A DNA stretch of 64,000 bases from Schmidtea polychroa (Eukaryota): NCBI GenBank assembly GCA_044892525.1, contig CM097887.1:138796397-138860396 (forward strand), read 5' to 3'. Shown in pieces: positions 27,475-39,199 of this stretch. The notes under the pieces are model-generated. The model was not told the DNA's origin. It ran no database searches and saw only the letters and a program-made list of their open reading frames with translations. Within the stretch, counting starts at the first letter, position 1; each line of letters opens with the position of its first letter. A program made the position numbers and the translations under genes.

Positions 27475-29360
27475 CAGCTAGTACACCAAGATTATCACCT
27501 CCAATTAACGATATATAAATAATTAGATTTAATAATTGTTAAGACTTTGTTTTATTAAGATTTATAAGATTTATTTATACTAAAAACTGATTATCCCTCC
27601 GAAGGAAATAATTATATTGTAAGTATCTTGAGCCAAATATACAAATGCAAACATAATACTATAGCGCACCTTTGAAATTCAGACATACGTTACGTTATAT
27701 TCACTCATACAAATTGAACATACAATAATATTATTTCAAATAGGTATTATTTACAGTTATCCTACATCCCTTCGTTTTAAAATGTTTGATCCATTCAACA
27801 TTTCTAAGTTTCGATTTTCCTCAAATCTATCTTCATTTTTATTTGCCACTAGTCTTTTAATCAAAACAACATTCCCGGCATTAAAAATTCGATTTGGTCT
27901 TACTTTATTGAAAAAAAATTCATCTTACTTATTTACTTGTACTCGTTTTCGTAACTCTAATCTTTCTGATTTACGCTTTTCAATTAATAATTATAGTTCG
28001 CTATTTTCATAACGCTCTTTGGCATTATTTTTCCCAAAATTAATTTGAGCAGGACTTAATTTAGTAGTTTTCTAAATTGTCAAATATAACATATATTCAA
28101 CTTCAGGGAAGTATTTCGACCTTGTTTTGTCCGTTCTTTCTTTTAGGCAAACCTTTTTGGCATCTCTAATAATTATAAATTGATTTCAAATTTTTCCATT
28201 AGCTGAATGATGATACGAACTTGAATATACTAGATTAATACCATGTTTCTCGGTATTAATGATTTTCCTATTGATTTTCCTTTATCACAATGAATACTCC
28301 TTCAAGCATCCAAATTTCAAAATCCATTTGTCGTAAAATTATTGCTGCAATTGTCTTTTCATCTTGCTCAGAAACTGCACATAAAGAAATATATTTATTA
28401 AATTGGTCTATAATTGGCAAAATATACTTCTTTTCATTCAAAGTCAATGAAAATTGATTCAAACAAATAAAATTCTGTGGGTTTAATAAGTTTCTCTGCT
28501 GTTCTTGTAGTCATATCTTTTCTTTTTCGACAATTTTCGCACTACTCGACTATTTGTTTAATAAATTACTGTCTGTTTCTCATGTCAAATTTCCTAGAAA
28601 TATATTCGTGGAATTTATTTACCCCAGCATGACACAAATATTTATTGGTGTTCAAAAATTCTTTATTTCTTTCGTCTGGAATGAATAATGTCATTACTTT
28701 CTATAAATTTTGTTTCTTTCCCGATTATCTATTTTGATATTTATTATTTCTTTAGAATCTTGTTGCCAAAGTTTTCAATCTACTTGACACTTGAGTGCTA
28801 GAATCTTTGTCTTTAGTTTTCGTGTTTTTGGTTCTTCGTGAATCGTTTGACGCTATATGCACGTATCCCATTCAGTTCTTGTAAACCAGCGCATCTGGTT
28901 TAAGAATGAGTTTTATCTTTATAATATTCCATTTCAATGTTCAGACCACTTAATTAATTGATTCATGTTTGAATTTGAGGTGTGATTGGTCTTCAACATA
29001 TACGTTATTGCCTTATGATCTGTCCTTTGTTTAAACCTTTTACTATATAAATAATGTTCGTAATGTTCGTTAAAATAGATATTGACTAATAATTTTTTCT
29101 GAGTGATGAAATAGACTACTTCATGTTTGTTCATTGCGTGCGAACCATATGAAATTACTCTTTCTTTGACATTTTCATCTAATTGCGATAAAACTGCTCC
29201 AATTCTGTCGAAACTGGTATCTATGTCCAAAATAAATTCATTTGTAAATTCAGGGAATACAAAATTTGGAGATTTTACTTATACTTTTTTTAATTCTGGA
29301 AAGGCCTCTTCGCACTCATTTGTCCATATAATTGTTGTCTGATTTACACCGCACAATCTT
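27475..29360 (-). mobile_element. Decayed Ty3/gypsy pol (RNase H, integrase) with PPT and probable LTR
   Basis: DIDTSFDRIGAVLSQ..ISYGSHAM..TDHKAI and ILPIIDQFNKYISL; purine tract followed by TGTAGG at ~27767. Confidence 0.85.
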
Positions 29361-29633
29361 TCAAGTGTTTTTGAATACATACTATAATATAAAGTTCATG
29401 AAACAGAGAACTCATATATTGAAGAACCATCGAAGATAACCTCATAGCTGATTCCTCTTCTGATACAACTGTTAAGACTCCAAACACGACTGCTTTGCAC
29501 CCCATTCTTAAGAAAGCAAAACAAATTATTAATCAAACGAAGAAAGTTACATACGGCACCTGCATTTGCGTCCGGTTTTCAAATCAGAGGTCAAACATGC
29601 CAGTCAGACTAGCCAGAATCAATTTTGAATTAC

Positions 29634-29762
29634 NNNNNNNNNNNNNNNNNNNNNNNNNNNNNNNNNNNNNNNNNNNNNNNNNNNNNNNNNNNNNNNNNNN
29701 NNNNNNNNNNNNNNNNNNNNNNNNNNNNNNNNNNNNNNNNNNNNNNNNNNNNNNNNNNNNNN
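29634..29762. other. Assembly gap
   Basis: Run of N. Confidence 1.
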
Positions 29763-30038
29763 ACTTTTTTTTGAGAGGTTTTGTTTTGCTAAAATTTGGG
29801 CCATTGCTAATAGAATGTGGCCGACGCCAATCAATATTGGACATCCATGTAAACTATTGTCTCCTACTCTTTCCTATGCCACAAGTTCATTGTTCAGTGT
29901 GTCTTTAGCAGATTATAAGGGACGACGTGTGACTTCATCTTCTTTGTTTTTCAAGTAAGTTTCTATTTGTGCAGTAATATTTTTATTTTATAATATTAAT
30001 GCATTTTTATTTTAATTTTAGAATTAATTTACCGCAAC

Positions 30039-30240
30039 ATGGAGAAAAGAAAATACCAACGAAAAGCAATTTCATTAAAAAGAAAAATTAAAATTTTAGA
30101 TTCCTTGCAAAAAAGTGATAGAATATGCGAGATTGGTAAATATTTCAAGTTAGGGGCAATCAAGAAAAATTAAATTGCAATAAGAAAATCGATCATTAAT
30201 GGCACTAAGTTAAGCTCAAAATTTTTCTTTCGAACACTAT
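30039..30240 (+). pseudogene. Tigger/pogo transposase N-terminal HTH remnant
   Basis: MEKRKYQRKAISLKRKIKILDSLQKSDRICEIGKYFKLG resembles the CENP-B/psq HTH start of pogo-family transposases. Confidence 0.65.
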
Positions 30241-31306
30241 AAAAATATATTGGTTGTTTTAGAGCAACCCTGGGTATTTGCAGTATTAAATTCCAAATTT
30301 CATTGCAAGTTGTCTTTCCATATTTTACCTGTAGGACATACATTATATGCCATTACATATCAGTAATTATGATATATACTGCATATTTCCATTTCAGAAT
30401 GCCAAGGAGAATCTATGTGCAAATGTATACGTTTTTACGGAATTTGTCGTAAATGAATAAAAATGATGATACTGATAATAACATAGAAGAAGCGCTAATG
30501 AAAACAAAATTTGTTAATATGGACATCGATTTTGAAGTTTTTGATCTTGAAGTATTTGTCGAGGATCAAAAAATTCTTGTTGATCAGACAATTTCACGAT
30601 CAAACTGAAACATCACTGACATACTTCAAGAAAATGTTTACTGCTGAGATCAACAATCAGCTGGCAGATCACATTCCTAGCAACAAAAACTATACTCATG
30701 AAATCGATAATTATTTCACCACATTTCACGTTATCATGCTAAGAGAGTGTATTATAATAGTAATATTACTATCCAAGGTTACTTTAAAGCAACAAAACTT
30801 AAAGGTCTCCTTGTTTTAAGATTCATTGTAATAGGATCTCTGATTGTACTAATACGTATTTTGTGCGCCTTCCAAGCTGAGAAGGAACTAAAATATGGGG
30901 AGTAATGAGTTAAATATATTCTAATTAGTTAAAGTATATTTATCCTAACTTTGATCCAAATTTTTAGTATTGCCACATTAACGCTATAATAGGATATAGT
31001 TATTTTTTTATTTTCATTTGAATTTAATTGAATTTTACAAAACTTAGTCTAGTAGTTTTTAAGACATTATTGCCTTCGTAGAGAACGAAGGAGAACGGTT
31101 GGAAATTCTATATTCGACTGCATTTCACTTAGTGGTGATTCAACTTCAATTTGTTAGCTTAGTGATGACATCCATTTAAGAATAAAATAATGTTACCCAT
31201 CGAGTAATAAAAATATACAATTCAATTTAGTTTTTTAGTGTCTTTGTTTGAAGTTGAAATTGTGTTTATGTAAAAGTTGAAAATTTGATGATAACATTAA
31301 TTTTAA

Positions 31307-31605
31307 CCACTTGCGCTATGATTTAATTTTCGGTAGCTGAGCCGCGCTCTACTATATAAAGTATCGTAAGGCATCGACGCCTCACCGCGTCAGCGAGCTC
31401 AGAGGTTTGACCAGTGCTTAGCGCGAGGGTAGGGTCTTACATAAAAGATTTACACGAATATCAATAATTATCGGCCTGTCAGCCGACGTTGCAAACACGT
31501 CGTTTTTGTTTTTGCGACAAATACTATCGACGTGGTATACACGTCACTTTCAGTTCAGAAAAAAATCATCAAGACGTGCCTGGCACGTCAATATAGCGCA
31601 AGTGG
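31307..31605. mobile_element. piggyBac-like MITE
   Basis: 13-bp TIR CCACTTGCGCTAT / ATAGCGCAAGTGG flanked by TTAA on both sides; GC-rich interior. Confidence 0.85.
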
Positions 31606-32275
31606 TTAAAGCAACTTTTTTATAAAATATTTCAAGGATAGTAAAAATTTAAATATTGAATATTTTTATGAAATCTTTACCTGAATCTATATATTTCCAG
31701 ACTTCATTTTTTCCTTTCCGATTATTACAAGTGATTTTGAGATTTGTACACTGACATTCTTTATTGGATAACTTCAATAATTTGCAATTCAAACTCACTG
31801 AATCATTGTTAAAGTAACAAGGCAAAATTTGACAACTTTCTCCACATTTACACACCATTGGACATTTGGAAGATGATTCAATTCGAATCAGGCCTTTGTT
31901 TGGTAAATTATGCTTTGATACAATTAAACATGGATCTGAAATTTGAGATTCTTTAAATAATAATCTTAAAATTTTAATTATTATTCAATTTCATAAGTAA
32001 ATAGTGTCATAAATGTCTCAACTTTTGGTTCCTCCTCCCTTACTACTTACTAAATAATAGTAATCGACAAATTTCAATATTATATGTAAATAAGTTATTC
32101 TTAAGAAATTTCATTTAATATTATCAACTACAAAATCAATAAATTTTTTTGTGAAATAACTAAATTATTAAATCCTTTAATATCTTGAAATTTATATTAT
32201 CGTATAAAATCATTAATGACTGTTACCATTATTATTATACTCATAAAATCATTTTATATTGCCATTTATACATAT

Positions 32276-32320
32276 TTTTCACTATATATTTCGATAGAAT
32301 CACTATCATCATCAGGTTAC
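32276..32320 (-). ncRNA. Candidate degenerate minimal hammerhead ribozyme
   Basis: CTGATGA, then stem GATAG/CTATC, then GAAA and palindromic ATATAT. One extra U before stem II and a weak stem I. About 470 bp downstream of a Penelope-type endonuclease. Confidence 0.3.
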
Positions 32321-32788
32321 CTGCATTCACGAGGGACGAATAACTATACAATATCGATAATTTATAAACAATTTATTAAATATATAAATTTTTAAATTAT
32401 AAATAAAAAATTTAAATCATTATTTTCAAAAATAATTTTCAATAATTGCTTTAATTTATCAAATATTTTTAATTATTTTAAAACAAACGTTATTTTTTAC
32501 TTTTAAAGTCTTTAAATAAATATTATTTTAATTATTTTTTTGATTATTTTTTAACAAAACTATTATTCAATGTACATCAACTATCAAAAACTTAATTTAA
32601 AACATTCAACATACATGTATTCACTACATTCTGCATATTGATTCTATGATTAAAAGTTCTTATCAATAATGCTTCACATATCACACGCACAAAACAATTA
32701 TCAAATTTTTTATAAAAAAAAATTTATCAAAATCGTGAAAATTTTTATCAAAATTTTTTATCAAAATTATCAAAAATTCTTAATTCTC

Positions 32789-33118
32789 TCATACAAACTT
32801 TATTATGATCCTTAATATTGGACACTCCCTTCGGTCGACAATGTTTTGCACTCGAGTACAGAGATGACGGGAAATCTCTCCAATGTATGTGGCATTACAC
32901 CCATTACATGTGAATTGATAAACGAGATCCGAACACAATCCAACCGGCGTTTGAGATTTACTAACAAACATACTACGTACTTTGCACGATTTCGAAACAA
33001 TTCTATAATTCAATTTACCCAGCTGTTTACCTATCTTTCTTTTGAAATCTTTATATCCTTCCGAATACGGCAATACCCTCGTATATTTTGGCTCATCTTG
33101 TTTGTTACTAATACTCAT
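32789..33118 (-). pseudogene. Penelope-type GIY-YIG endonuclease remnant
   Basis: LVYQFTCNGCNATYIGEISRHLCTRV, preceded by a VLPY motif typical of the Penelope RT-endonuclease linker. No RT nearby. Confidence 0.8.
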
Positions 33119-33893
33119 TACATCATTCGTAAGTCTTTTTATTTTTTTATTTTTTCCCTACTTTCCCCAAAAAAATAAAAAAATTATAATTCTTACAAAG
33201 ACTAAAACTCTACTATTCTAAGTGTCTTTATATAATTTCATATTTTTTACAACAACTTTATACCCTATAATTTCATACTCGTATAACTAGAAAATAAATA
33301 AAAAAATTAGAAATTTGCTTATATTCTATACACCTAAAAAATAAAAAAATATAAATTCACTTATTTATGACTAGTCAAACAAACCCAAACAAATTCAACA
33401 ATATCAAAATAATTTTATAATTTATAATTCTACAATTATAAAATACAAAATATGAAAATTATTAAATTGCAGGAATAGCTGTAATTAATCTAATTACAAA
33501 TTCTCAAAATATACAGAATCTGAAAAATCTATATCTATAAATGAATGAGATAGAAAATAAAATTTTTAATTTAATGAACGAGATTGATAGACTTTAGAAA
33601 TTCATCACCCGAGGACAAAGTTAAATATGATGAACGTTATTATGCGCTTTGTCCTTAGATGATTAAACTCATTATTAAGGAAGAATGCCCTGACACCGAG
33701 TATAATAATAAAATAAATGAGTTTAGAGATTTAACAATAGAAGATAAAATCGGAAAAGTTGAATATATTATTTCACTTTATTCCCACAATTATTAAATAT
33801 CTTAAAAAATAAAAATTAAGGAAAAGTTATATTGTTTAATTTTAGAAGCAAAGAAAATAGAAATGAGATTAAATAATGGTTATATTTCATTAA

Positions 33894-34583
33894 TTGAACG
33901 AGTCCGAGGAAATAAATGATTTTTACATTTTATATTTTTCAAAAATAAAAATGGAACATAATTACAAAAATTATAAAAGATACTGGTATTGTAATATTTG
34001 TAATTTTGACATAACAGCACAACACAAATTAGATCATGTAAAACCAAAAAAACAGGTAAATAATACAACACTTTCTAATTATGTTAATAAATACAACAAG
34101 ATAAAATCACCAACACATCACCCTAGATTTGCTTTTGAAAAGTCCTTTAGTGGAGGTCACCTAGAATTTGCAAAAGCAATCCTAAAACCTTTTACAACTG
34201 AAAAATATCCAGGAGAAGGACATTTATTTTTTCACAATTATACTGGACCTGGAACGTGCCTAGATATAAGATTAGATGAAAATAATATTCCTAAACCTGG
34301 ACAAGAACCTGTTAATAGAGTTGATGCAGCAGCTTTAAAACATGATATAGCTTATAAATCAACAGATATAAGATCGAGACATTTAGCTGATGTTAATTTA
34401 ATTCCTGATTGGAACAAAATTGAAAATCCAACATCCAAAGAAAATATTCAAAGATTTCTAGTTAAATTAGCAATAAAAGGAAAGATTGTTTTTGGAGAAG
34501 GGCTCTGCTCGGCGGTTGAAGGAGGAGAGCTACACTTGAAAGAAAAGAAGACGAATTGGTTATTCCAAATGAATCTCAAATAA
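33894..34583 (+). CDS. Parvovirus-type phospholipase A2 domain protein of a Polinton/adintovirus
   Basis: NYTGPGT Ca-binding loop and DAAALKHDIAY catalytic HD motif. Confidence 0.85.
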   Translation: MNESEEINDFYILYFSKIKMEHNYKNYKRYWYCNICNFDITAQHKLDHVKPKKQVNNTTLSNYVNKYNKIKSPTHHPRFAFEKSFSGGHLEFAKAILKPFTTEKYPGEGHLFFHNYTGPGTCLDIRLDENNIPKPGQEPVNRVDAAALKHDIAYKSTDIRSRHLADVNLIPDWNKIENPTSKENIQRFLVKLAIKGKIVFGEGLCSAVEGGELHLKEKKTNWLFQMNLK

Positions 34584-35370
34584 AATATGCTGATGAGCTA
34601 CATCATGAATTTAGAAAAAATAAAAGGTTTTGACAAGTTGTAGTTTTTAATAAAGATGATATTTAGTCTGCTAATTTAGTTTTTATGCCAACCGAGTCAT
34701 CAGATCCCGAAAATTTCAAAATGATTTTAACGGTTATAGATTTATATACAAAATTCGCTTTGCAAAATGTCTAGAAACAAAAACAGGATATTCTATTAGT
34801 AAAGCATTTGAAAATGTATTTGAACAATTTCGAAGAATTCTAAAATATTTATGTACTGATTAAGGAACAGAATTTTACAACAATGTATTTACAAGTTTTT
34901 TAAATGAAAATGATATAAAATTATATTCAACAGAAAACGAAGGAAAAGCAGTAGAGTAGTTGAAAGATTAAATAGAACCTTGAAGAATAAAATGTAGAAA
35001 TATTTTACTGCTATTGGAAAAATGGAATAATGAATTGCTACAAAAGGTGGTTATTGAATATAATAATAGTGTACATGGTTCTATACAATCAACACCTCTA
35101 AATGCAAGTATAAATCCAGATAGTATAAAAGAAATAAATATGAATCATCATCGAGGTGATATCCCGGGTTCCACTGTTGAAAAAAAACCAATATTTAGGA
35201 TTGATGACAGAGTAAGAATATTTAAATATAAAAATGAATTTGAAAAAGGATACACTGCAAAATAGACAAACGAAATATTTTTAGTAAATAAAATATACCA
35301 TACAAATCCTACAACTTATGGGATTATAGATGAAAATAATGAAGATATATTAGGAAGATTTTGTATTTAA
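34580..35370 (+). pseudogene. Polinton retroviral-type (rve) integrase
   Basis: ILTVIDLYTKFA, TENEGKA..VERLNRTLK, YNNSVHGSIQSTP, RVRIFKYKNEFEKGYT; stops and frameshifts. Confidence 0.88.
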
Positions 35371-35399
35371 TTTAATTCTTGAAATTTCTTAAAATAAAT

Positions 35400-36160
35400 C
35401 TAGGATTATTTCTTCCTTTTCTCTATCTAGATAGATATATGTAAACATTTCTTTCCAATGATTAGTTATATATTGATTAAATTTATCTTTTCAGGTTAAA
35501 TATTTGAAAATAAATCATTATAAATCATATCTGTGTCTCGTTTATTTAATTTAAAATATATAAAACAATTGGAATTGTTTCATATTGAATTTTTATCCAA
35601 ATCATAAAAAGTTTGAGATATATAAATTACATTACAGTTGTTGTGTCTTCCTTTAGTGAAATAACTTTTTTGAATTTCTTGATTTTTCATATTTACCACA
35701 TCATCAAATATAACCAAATTCTTTTTATTTTTAGATAAAAATCACAATGTATTACATCTTCTGGTTTATTTGAAAATACAACATTAATTTTATTATTCTT
35801 TCCCCCTTCATCCATGTCACTAGTAAGAATATTTTCCCTGTACCATTCTACCATTTCGAAAGGTTGAACAATTTTATCAGGAAATATATTTTCATTTTCA
35901 AACATGTTATTAATACCTTGCTTTGTTAAACCTTCTTCGAATCCTATTTTAAATAATTGTACTTCTAGTTGATTTATAGTTGTAGAATAAAAAGTATTAA
36001 ATTATGATAATATATGAAACAAACTTCCAACAATATTTTGAACAAGAGTGCATTTTTACCACATCCAGATGATCCAACAATTAATAATCTAAAATTATTA
36101 GGAAAAATCTTGTTGATAAATTTACTTTTGTTTCGTTTTAAAACATGTTAAATATTTGCC
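35400..36160 (-). pseudogene. Polinton packaging ATPase (A32/FtsK-like)
   Basis: FRLLIVGSSGCGK Walker A, a Walker B-like IFDD region, and a HNNCNVIYLSQ-type motif in broken frames. Confidence 0.8.
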
Positions 36161-36249
36161 ATTTTATCAAGTTTTTTTATACGCTATTTTTAAAAAGTAA
36201 AAAATGGAACAGGAAAAAATCAAATCAAAACAACTGTTTAATCGTCCTT

Positions 36250-36775
36250 TGAAACTTGGTTCTTAGTATAATCGTCCGCGTTTCTCGATGAAGCAACTCG
36301 TACACTTCATCAGCCACCTCATAATCTGACAGACAACTGAAACCTGTATTATTAGCTGCGGTGATTTTCTTGACTTGTAATTTCTCAATCTCTGCCTCAT
36401 TTGCTAGTGGGGACCACTTTGTTCAAATTGATTCTAAATACTCGTTACACACTTGTCAAAACTTTGATCTGAAAACATGTAATCTGACGAATCGGATCTA
36501 AAATCCTGCGGCAGCAAACCACCAAATAAATTTGATATTAGTTGGCCAAAAACACTATTAAAGTTATCAGGATCTCTTGGAGTCATAAAAAAGGAACCAC
36601 CAGTTTCGTTTGTAGTATTTCCAACAGGAACATGACGAATAATATGAGAAACATTCAAGGCATCATCATTATTTTCCATTGAGTTAAAACGACTAATATG
36701 AAATGCATTCAAGGCATCATCATTTTTTTCCATTGAGTTATAACGAATAATATGAAAAATCATATATTTTCCCAA
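36250..36775 (-). pseudogene. RNF115/RNF126-like RING ligase fragment inside the Polinton
   Basis: DYMFSDQSFDKCVTSI..NQFEQSGP..ANEAEIEKL..CLSDYEVADEVYEL parallels the pre-RING segment of RNF126/115; the RING itself is decayed. Confidence 0.55.
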
Positions 36776-37007
36776 CAGGACAGGAATTCAAAAAATTCCA
36801 ACAATCAAAAGAAAATTCAAATCCATTCCAAAAAAAATCTAACTCGAAAACAACTCACAATTCGAAAACATCCAACAAAAACTCTGAGTCGAAATCGATC
36901 CAAACTCTGACAATATTCACAATTGTCCGCGTCTGTGTGCGCACACAAAAACCTCCAAAAACACAGACGCGAGCATCGACAATTAATCACAACAGAAAAA
37001 AAGAACT

Positions 37008-37244
37008 TTGGAATTTAATCAATTCCACAACAGATCCGCGAGTGTTGTTATAGGTGATAAAAAATATTGGATTGGAAAAAATGTTAAAAATAAAATAAAA
37101 CAAGAACAAGAGAAAAACGGGGGACTTTTAACGTTGACAGCATTCATTCCTGCTATAATAGCAGTTTTATCAGGTGCAACTGGAATAGCTGGAGGAATTG
37201 CTATAACAGTACAAAAATCCAAAGAAGCTCAAAAAAGGGATTGA
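37008..37244 (+). pseudogene. Polinton small core/pX-like protein
   Basis: KNGGLLTLTAFIPAIIAVLSGATGIAGGIA: a GG protease-site-like motif followed by an amphipathic stretch. Confidence 0.5.
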
Positions 37245-37399
37245 AAAACCCAATTAATTTATTTATTGAATTAAGAAAATTTGTGGGTGCTAGAAAAGCA
37301 GGACATAATAATGTTCAACAAGATATAAACACAATATCTAAAAAATTATTAAAATATAAAATCATTAATTTTGAGAAATTTAAAAAATATACTAGAAAA

Positions 37400-37996
37400 T
37401 CGCAGTGAAACCTAAAACGCAAGCCGGGATACTGTAAACCAAATGAACTATTCAATATTAGATTTTCTCAAAACATTTGGAATTGATACAAAACAGATTT
37501 CGATTTGAAAGACTATGCTAATTATTTAAATTTAGCCATTAAAATTTTGATGAATGATGAATTGTACAAAATCGAAAAAACAAAAAGAAATGATTCAAGC
37601 TTGAGTAATGTAATAATTAATTATCAAAACTCTGACAAGGATGGATCTCATTGGTTTTGTTTTCATCAGGAGTAAGGATCGGGCTCACACTATCTTAAAA
37701 ATGAAAAACCTTCGATTTATTTTGATTTGTATGAAATTAAACCTACTCAACAAGTTGATGAATATTTAGGAGATTATATTTTTAATAATCTTCAAGTTCA
37801 ACTTGATGGTACAAAAATATGTGGAGTTTTGAGTTTGTATGTTTTGTATAGATTCAACAGATTAAATCGACCTGTGAAACCCTTCGTAAATAATCACGAG
37901 ACAGGAGAAAAAAGAAAAAGAAGAAATAAATCACTTGAAAAAAAAGGTTTTACAACTATAATTCAAGAAATTTATAATGAATTGATCATTTTATAG
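37400..37996 (+). pseudogene. Adenain-like cysteine protease of the Polinton
   Basis: NYQNSDKDGSHWFCF (His), YFD, QVQLDGTKICGVLSLYVL (Gln, Cys). Confidence 0.8.
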
Positions 37997-38039
37997 TAAA
38001 AATGGAGTCCGCGACAGTGAGTTTAAAAAAATGGAAAAC

Positions 38040-38775
38040 ATAATGTCTACAAAATATTCAAGCACACTATGTATCAAATCAACCAAATCTGATTTTAATC
38101 TAAATTTTCCAGTTCCAATAGATTTAAATTCTGAATATAATTATGAATTGGGTTTACTATAGTTTAGTTGTTATAATACAATTTTTAATATTAATAAAAA
38201 TAATATTAAATTTATTGTGATGACTGAAACTGGTCAAGCCAAGATATTAACAATTGAACCTGGAGCTTATGAAATAAAAGAATTAAATGTGGCTATTTCA
38301 AAATCTACCAATGGAGATGTAGAAATTAAATTAGATTTTCCAACTTCAAAATGTATTTTAACAATTAAAAATTTACTAATTGTATTTAATGATACTTGTT
38401 TCTTTCATACGGTTTTAGGGTATGAAAGTAAAACATGGATATTTTGAAGCAGGAGTACCTCCGCAATTTATAAAATCAAAAGAAAAATCTAGAGATATTG
38501 TAAAATTTGCAAATACATCATCAATAAATGTTACATGTGATTGTATTTCAGGTTCACATATTAATGGAATAAAAAGTAATGTTTTGTACTCTTTTCCAAC
38601 TAATACAGTTTCTATTGGATATAAAATTCTTGAAAGCGTGAATCCACCAAATTATTTACCCTGTAGTAAATAGTGTTTAGACTCGATTGGTTTTAAAATT
38701 ATTGATCAAAATGGTAATTTGATTGATTTTAATAAGGAAGAGATTTGCATGTATTTACATCTTAAACAAGTTTAA
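38040..38775 (+). pseudogene. Polinton minor capsid (penton) protein
   Basis: FPVPIDL..IEPGAYEIKELN..INVTCDCISGS..VLYSF..GYKI..IIDQNGNLIDFN pattern. Confidence 0.75.
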
Positions 38776-39199
38776 TAATTTTACTATAGAATTTCACACT
38801 AAAAATGACTTGGGTTCCTTGTAAAAAAGGAGGTGGAACAATTGAAAATATTGAATAAGTATTATCTTTAACAGAACATAAATATGTTAATGAAAAATGT
38901 GATGGAATTAAAGGAGATTTAAATATGAAAGGAAATAAAATTTTAAATATTGGAAATTTAAATGAGATTAATGAGATTGCACGTATTTGAAATATAGAAT
39001 CAAAGGTTGATACTTAGCAAAAAGATGTTGAAGGATTGAAAATGCATTCAACTTATTGATAGTATAATTAATGTTGGTGATGGATCCTCAGTTGGAAATA
39101 TTAAAATAATTAAATCTAAAGGCATAAGGAAATTAGAAGAAAATAAAAGAAAACGAAGAAATTATTAATCAAGAAATTATTAAACAAAAGAACATTAAA

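Noticed and set aside
32030-32047. ACTACT Polinton-like terminus
   Set aside because: No matching partner end or TSD was found, and its orientation does not fit the Polinton genes to the right.
33603-33695. Hairpin (AGGACAAAG/CTTTGTCCT) with box C/D-like ATGATGA and CTGA
   Set aside because: Lies in a decayed reading frame of the Polinton, and such short boxes arise easily in AT-rich DNA.
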